A stretch of 29,105 nucleotides of DNA from a virus. Lineage: Duplodnaviria; Caudoviricetes. Shown piece after piece: positions 25,022 through 29,105 of the stretch; positions within the stretch are counted from its first letter, which is position 1, and the number at the start of each line of letters is the position of its first letter. The DNA is taken from the IMG/VR virus record IMGVR_UViG_3300004209_000003, positions 1 through 29,105 of that record. One strand, written 5' to 3'. The notes beneath the pieces were generated by a model. It did not search any database and was not told where the DNA came from. It saw only the letters and a program-made list of their open reading frames with translations. Made by a program: the position numbers and the translations under genes.

Positions 25022-27532
25022 ATGTCTGACATGCTTTTGGCCATGTTGTTAACTCTCAAAGACATGGCCAGTGGTCCTTTGGGGCAGTTTCAGGGCAATG
25101 TGAAAAAGCTGAGTCATGACTTGATGGCCACAGGTGTTGTTTCAAGAGCAATGGGGCAAGGGATTCTCAATGGCTTAAAAGCGCCTATTGCGGCTTTTGC
25201 TGAAGCTGAAGACGCGGCAACCCGCCTGCGAGTTTCGATGATGGACTCCAAAGGCATCTCAAAAGGCTTTGAGCAGGTCAACAAACTGGCCACAGATCTG
25301 GGCAATAAATTGCCAGGCACGACCGCAGATTTCCAAGAAATGATGACAGCTCTGAATCAGCAGGGGGTGTCTGCTCAATCCATTCTTGGCGGGGTTGGCA
25401 AGTCAGCCGCTTATCTGGGTGTTCAGTTAAAAATGCCTTATAGAGACGCTGCTATCTTTGCCGCCAAAGTAGGTGAGGCGGCTGGGGTGGCAGCCAAAGA
25501 CATGGAAAAGTTTATGGATACCATTCAGCGCACAGCCAATCTGGGTGTTGAAACCACAGAGATGCAGTATGCCTTTGGCCGTTCTGCTGGTGCATTGAAA
25601 AATGTAGGTATGCAGGGCTTGGAGTCAGCAAAATCTCTCAGTGTCATGTATGCCCAGTTGATCAAAACAGGTCTATCCGGTGAAACGGTAGGCACGAACT
25701 TTGCAGGCATGTTGGAAAACCTCAAAAAGTACCAGTACCAGATTGGCGACAAAGCAACCACGGCCCACCAGAGTCTTAAAAAACTGGGCATTGAGATGCA
25801 GTTTTTTGATAAACAGGGCAAAATGAACGGCCCGCGTGAAATGATTGCTCAGCTTGAAAAGCTCAAGAAATTGACTCCTGAGCAGCGCGCAAAAGCAATG
25901 GATGGCATTTTTGGTGGAGGCCAAGACTCTCAAATGGTTAATACGCTTGTTGCTGGAGGCGTAAAAGCCTATGACGAAATGGCTAGAAAAGCAAAAGCAC
26001 AAGCCGATCTGAACGCCAAAGTTGAAGCTCAACTGCGAACCCTCAAAAATATCTGGGATTCGGCCACAGGCACTTTTACCAATATGCTTGCCACACTGGG
26101 TGAATCCATTGCGCCTGAACTCAAAGCCATGGCAGATGGTTTGGGTAAAATTTCTGAAAAGCTCCAGGCTTTTGCCAAAGCCCATCCCATGCTCACCAAG
26201 ATTGTGGTAGGCCTTACGGCCATCAGTGGCGTTGCTTTGCTGGTTGGTGGAACTGCATTGATGGGTTTAGGCGCGATCTCTTCAGGAGCCCCTTTAGCTG
26301 GGGCTGCTGTGACGATTCTTTCAACCAAGTTCTATGCCCTGATGAGTTCTGTTCTGAAAAGCAGTGCGGCCATGAAAGCCTGGAATGCGGTCACTGGAGC
26401 CAAACTTGTGGCTGGTGGAAATGCCTCAGTCGGGGGAACCTTTACAAGGATGGCCACTGGGATGAAAAATTATGCTTCTTCCGTAGCCATGGCTGCGAAA
26501 GGTGGAATTGTTGCCCTTCCTGGTTTGATTATGACCAAGGCCAGTGCAATGCGTGTGGCTACGGTCGCTGGAGCAAAATGGTCCGTGCAAATGCTGACAG
26601 CAAAGCATTCTGTCAGTGGTCTTGCCAGCGCTGGATGGGCACGCATATTGACAGGATTGCGGGCTGTTGCGGTCGGCTTTCGGGCCATGGGTCTTGCTGC
26701 GCTGGCAAACCCTGTGGGTATTGCCATTGCTGCCATTGCAGTTGGGGCGGTTCTTGTTTTCAAATATTGGAAACCGATCTCTGGTTTTTTTAAAGGTTTG
26801 TGGCATGGCCTGATGGTGGGCCTGAAGCCCCTTAAACCGGCCTTTGATGCTGCCTTTGCGGCTGTTGCCCCCATTATTCAGCCCATTGTGGGCGCTTTAA
26901 AGGGCGTTTGGAACTGGCTTAAAAGCCTATTGAGCCCCGTTGATGATGTTGGCAACCGGGGTCAAAAGATGGGGGTTCAAATGGGTTTGGCTATTGCTGG
27001 CATCATAAAAAAAGGGGCGGAGATGTTGACCTATTTTACCGGGTTGCCGGGCCAGCTTTTATCTATTGGCACAAATATGATGATGGGTCTGTTAAACGGC
27101 ATTACAGCAGGCGCAGGACGGGTATTGGCTAAAATTGGTGAGATTGCCAATAGCATTAAAAGCAAATTTGCGGGAATCATGGGAATCCAATCTCCTTCTC
27201 GGGTTTTCATGGGCTTTGGTCAAAACTTGGGCGCTGGCCTGGAGCTGGGAATGGTGGCCAAGGCTGCTGGTATTGCTGGGGCTGCCAAGAAACTGGCGAT
27301 TGCGGCCACGCCAAACATGCCCAAAGTGGCTGCCCCGAACCTTGCTTTGGCATCTGCCAGGGGTGGCGCTGGAGGTGGCAATCAGATTACCTTTGCGCCC
27401 ACGATTCAGCTTATGGCTGGGCCTGGTCTGTCTTCTGAGCAGCAGATGCAGCAAGCGGTGCGGGATCTCTATCCAGAATTCAAGCGCCTGATGGACCGCT
27501 ATAGCCACGATAAGAAACGAGCCAACGCATGA
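25022..27532 (+). CDS. Tail tape measure protein
   Basis: 836 aa, Ala/Gly-rich. LGNKLPGTTADF, ANPVGIAI...KYWKPI, MGIQSPSRVFMGFG. Confidence 0.92.
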   Translation: MSDMLLAMLLTLKDMASGPLGQFQGNVKKLSHDLMATGVVSRAMGQGILNGLKAPIAAFAEAEDAATRLRVSMMDSKGISKGFEQVNKLATDLGNKLPGTTADFQEMMTALNQQGVSAQSILGGVGKSAAYLGVQLKMPYRDAAIFAAKVGEAAGVAAKDMEKFMDTIQRTANLGVETTEMQYAFGRSAGALKNVGMQGLESAKSLSVMYAQLIKTGLSGETVGTNFAGMLENLKKYQYQIGDKATTAHQSLKKLGIEMQFFDKQGKMNGPREMIAQLEKLKKLTPEQRAKAMDGIFGGGQDSQMVNTLVAGGVKAYDEMARKAKAQADLNAKVEAQLRTLKNIWDSATGTFTNMLATLGESIAPELKAMADGLGKISEKLQAFAKAHPMLTKIVVGLTAISGVALLVGGTALMGLGAISSGAPLAGAAVTILSTKFYALMSSVLKSSAAMKAWNAVTGAKLVAGGNASVGGTFTRMATGMKNYASSVAMAAKGGIVALPGLIMTKASAMRVATVAGAKWSVQMLTAKHSVSGLASAGWARILTGLRAVAVGFRAMGLAALANPVGIAIAAIAVGAVLVFKYWKPISGFFKGLWHGLMVGLKPLKPAFDAAFAAVAPIIQPIVGALKGVWNWLKSLLSPVDDVGNRGQKMGVQMGLAIAGIIKKGAEMLTYFTGLPGQLLSIGTNMMMGLLNGITAGAGRVLAKIGEIANSIKSKFAGIMGIQSPSRVFMGFGQNLGAGLELGMVAKAAGIAGAAKKLAIAATPNMPKVAAPNLALASARGGAGGGNQITFAPTIQLMAGPGLSSEQQMQQAVRDLYPEFKRLMDRYSHDKKRANA

Positions 27533-28431
27533 CCACTTGGGCCACGCTTGGGGAGACTGAAATTGAGGTCTTGTCCGGGCCTTCTGCCTTTGGGGTGAAA
27601 TATGCCTCGAACTTTGCAGACATTCCCCTGATTGGCCGCAAAAGTGCATTGCAGCACACGGGTTTTGCGCCTGATGAAATCTCCTGGGCTGTTCGCTTGA
27701 ATGCAGTTTGGAGCAATCCAGCGGATGAACTGCGCAAGCTCAAAGAGCACATGGATAAACACAATACGCTGTCCTTGGTGATGGGAACCGGGGAATACCG
27801 GGGCGTCTTTGTCATCAAAGATTTGGATGTGGCCTTGCAGCACACCGATCCCGAGGGAAATATTCTCGACATGGAGCTGAACATGTCTTTGCAGGAGTAT
27901 ACGGGAGACCCGGCCAAGCCCAATCCCCCCGGCGTGATTAAAGACACCTTGCCGATTGGGGCCATTGCCAATCCCACGGTTTTGCTGACAGAGCCCCCTG
28001 GTGGATTTCTTGAGACGCTGGATGCAGCCATGGCCACGATTGAGACCATTGGCGAGGCTTCGGCCCGCGTGAATGACATTGTGGCCAGTGCTCAGAACGG
28101 GGATATTTTGGGCGCGGTCAGCTTGGCTGGGGCCTATTCCCCTGAGCTGTTTGAAATGGCACAGATGTTGCCCATTGAAGACTTTCAGCAAATCGAAGAG
28201 ATTGCAGTCATTGCCCAAGACGCTGGTGAAGTGGCCTCTGGCCTGAGTGCCGCCCAAACGGAAATCAACACAGCGGCCTTGATGCTGGAGCAGTCCACCG
28301 ATCTGGGCGGGTTAAGCGCAGCAGCGGGCCACATGTCTGGAGCTGTGGGCATGTCAGCAGGAACCCAACCCGCTTTGGAACGCTTGCAGGCCTGGGGTGA
28401 AGTGGGCAGTCGTTTGGGAGGCCCCAATTGA
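27529..28431 (+). CDS. P2 GpU-like tail protein with C-terminal extension
   Basis: WATLGE...IGRKSALQHTG..PDEI...G.YRGVFVI...LQEY. Ala-rich helical extension. Confidence 0.75.
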   Translation: MTTWATLGETEIEVLSGPSAFGVKYASNFADIPLIGRKSALQHTGFAPDEISWAVRLNAVWSNPADELRKLKEHMDKHNTLSLVMGTGEYRGVFVIKDLDVALQHTDPEGNILDMELNMSLQEYTGDPAKPNPPGVIKDTLPIGAIANPTVLLTEPPGGFLETLDAAMATIETIGEASARVNDIVASAQNGDILGAVSLAGAYSPELFEMAQMLPIEDFQQIEEIAVIAQDAGEVASGLSAAQTEINTAALMLEQSTDLGGLSAAAGHMSGAVGMSAGTQPALERLQAWGEVGSRLGGPN

Positions 28432-28637
28432 CACAATACCTGGAGCATATCACCACCGAAGGGGAGCGCTGGGACAGCATTGCCTGGAAGTATTATGGCG
28501 ATGTCACGCAAATGGGTCTCCTGATTGAAACCAATCCCCAGGCCCCGATCAAACCCACCTTGCCAGCTGGCATGAAGCTCTTGATTCCCCTGATCGAGCA
28601 GCCCAAAGAAGTGCAGGGCCTGCCACCGTGGAAGTAA
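28428..28637 (+). CDS. P2 gpX-like tail protein (LysM-like)
   Basis: HITTEGERWDSIAWKYYGD...NP...LPAG..L.IP...LPPWK. Confidence 0.88.
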   Translation: MTQYLEHITTEGERWDSIAWKYYGDVTQMGLLIETNPQAPIKPTLPAGMKLLIPLIEQPKEVQGLPPWK

Positions 28638-29104
28638 AGCAGGCAGTTCAACCGGCGTTTAAGCTCTTTTACAATGGCAAAGATGTCAGCAAAGATCTGG
28701 CCCCTTACGTCACCGAAATCACGTACACAGACAAGCTGACAGGCCAATCTGACGAGCTAGATATTTCCGTGATGGACCCCGATGGCCGCTGGCTGGATGC
28801 CTGGTACCCAGAAAAAGGGGCCGAAGTCCAATTGGAATATGGCTATGCCCACAAAGCCTTGGTCAAGGCCGGGGCCTTTGAAGTTGATGAAATTGAGATC
28901 GAAGGGCCCCCCGCTGCTGTGCGTATTCGCGCACTCTCAGCAGGCCTGAGCCGTCAGGCCCGCACCCGGATTGGCAAGGCGTATGAAAAAACCACCCTCA
29001 AAGGGATCGTCGATAAGGTTGCCAAGCGGCTCAAAGCCAAGGTCAGTGGGCAGATTGCAGATATTCAGATTCCCAAGGCCACCCAGTATGGCGAGACAGA
29101 TTGG
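28628..29104 (+). CDS. P2 gpD-like baseplate hub (late control D), 3' partial
   Basis: Read manually from GTG 28628: FKLFYNGKDVSKDLAPYVTEITYTDKLTGQSDELDISVMDPDGRWLDAWYPEKG. Open to the window end. Confidence 0.85.
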   Translation, partial: MEVKQAVQPAFKLFYNGKDVSKDLAPYVTEITYTDKLTGQSDELDISVMDPDGRWLDAWYPEKGAEVQLEYGYAHKALVKAGAFEVDEIEIEGPPAAVRIRALSAGLSRQARTRIGKAYEKTTLKGIVDKVAKRLKAKVSGQIADIQIPKATQYGETDW

Positions 29105-29105
29105 G

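Larger units (their letters stand above)
980..29105 (+). mobile_element. Mu-like transposable prophage with P2-like contractile tail; right end outside window
   Basis: c/ner/A/B early module, GemA, Mor/C, Mu gp26-gp31-like head genes and tail genes in canonical order. TG-initiated end with repeated sites. Confidence 0.95.

Noticed and set aside
3022-28747. Numerous alternative-frame and antisense ORFs inside A, B, terminase, portal, sheath and tape measure genes
   Set aside because: Shadow ORFs of well-supported genes, with no motifs or ribosome-binding sites.

Overview
The window holds the 3' end of a host gene and its terminator (1-971), then the left ~28 kb of an apparently intact Mu-like transposable prophage that runs off the right edge. 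The phage probably starts at TG 980, followed by three transposase-site repeats. Gene order: left-end accessory genes, XRE repressor and divergent Ner-like gene, MuA DDE transposase, three small ORFs, MuB ATPase, a semi-essential region with GemA, one Mor/C-family activator, an antisense two-gene insert, lysis genes (M15 peptidase, holin), TerS, an inserted DNA methyltransferase, TerL, portal, MuF fused to a PBECR-like nuclease domain, gpG, protease/scaffold, capsid, head completion genes, and a P2-like contractile tail (sheath, tube, frameshifted chaperone, tape measure, U, X, partial D). The most unusual signal is a compact structured element directly after the MuF-nuclease stop codon, with an antisense TATAAT positioned to transcribe it. 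It is a candidate RNA antitoxin or regulator. Other non-coding signals are an exact 15-bp box at both late promoters, a five-copy 10-bp operator/enhancer repeat, phased repeats at the expected pac and gyrase-site positions, and a GGGAAAG -1 frameshift. All family calls come from motif recognition by eye and gene order, not database searches.
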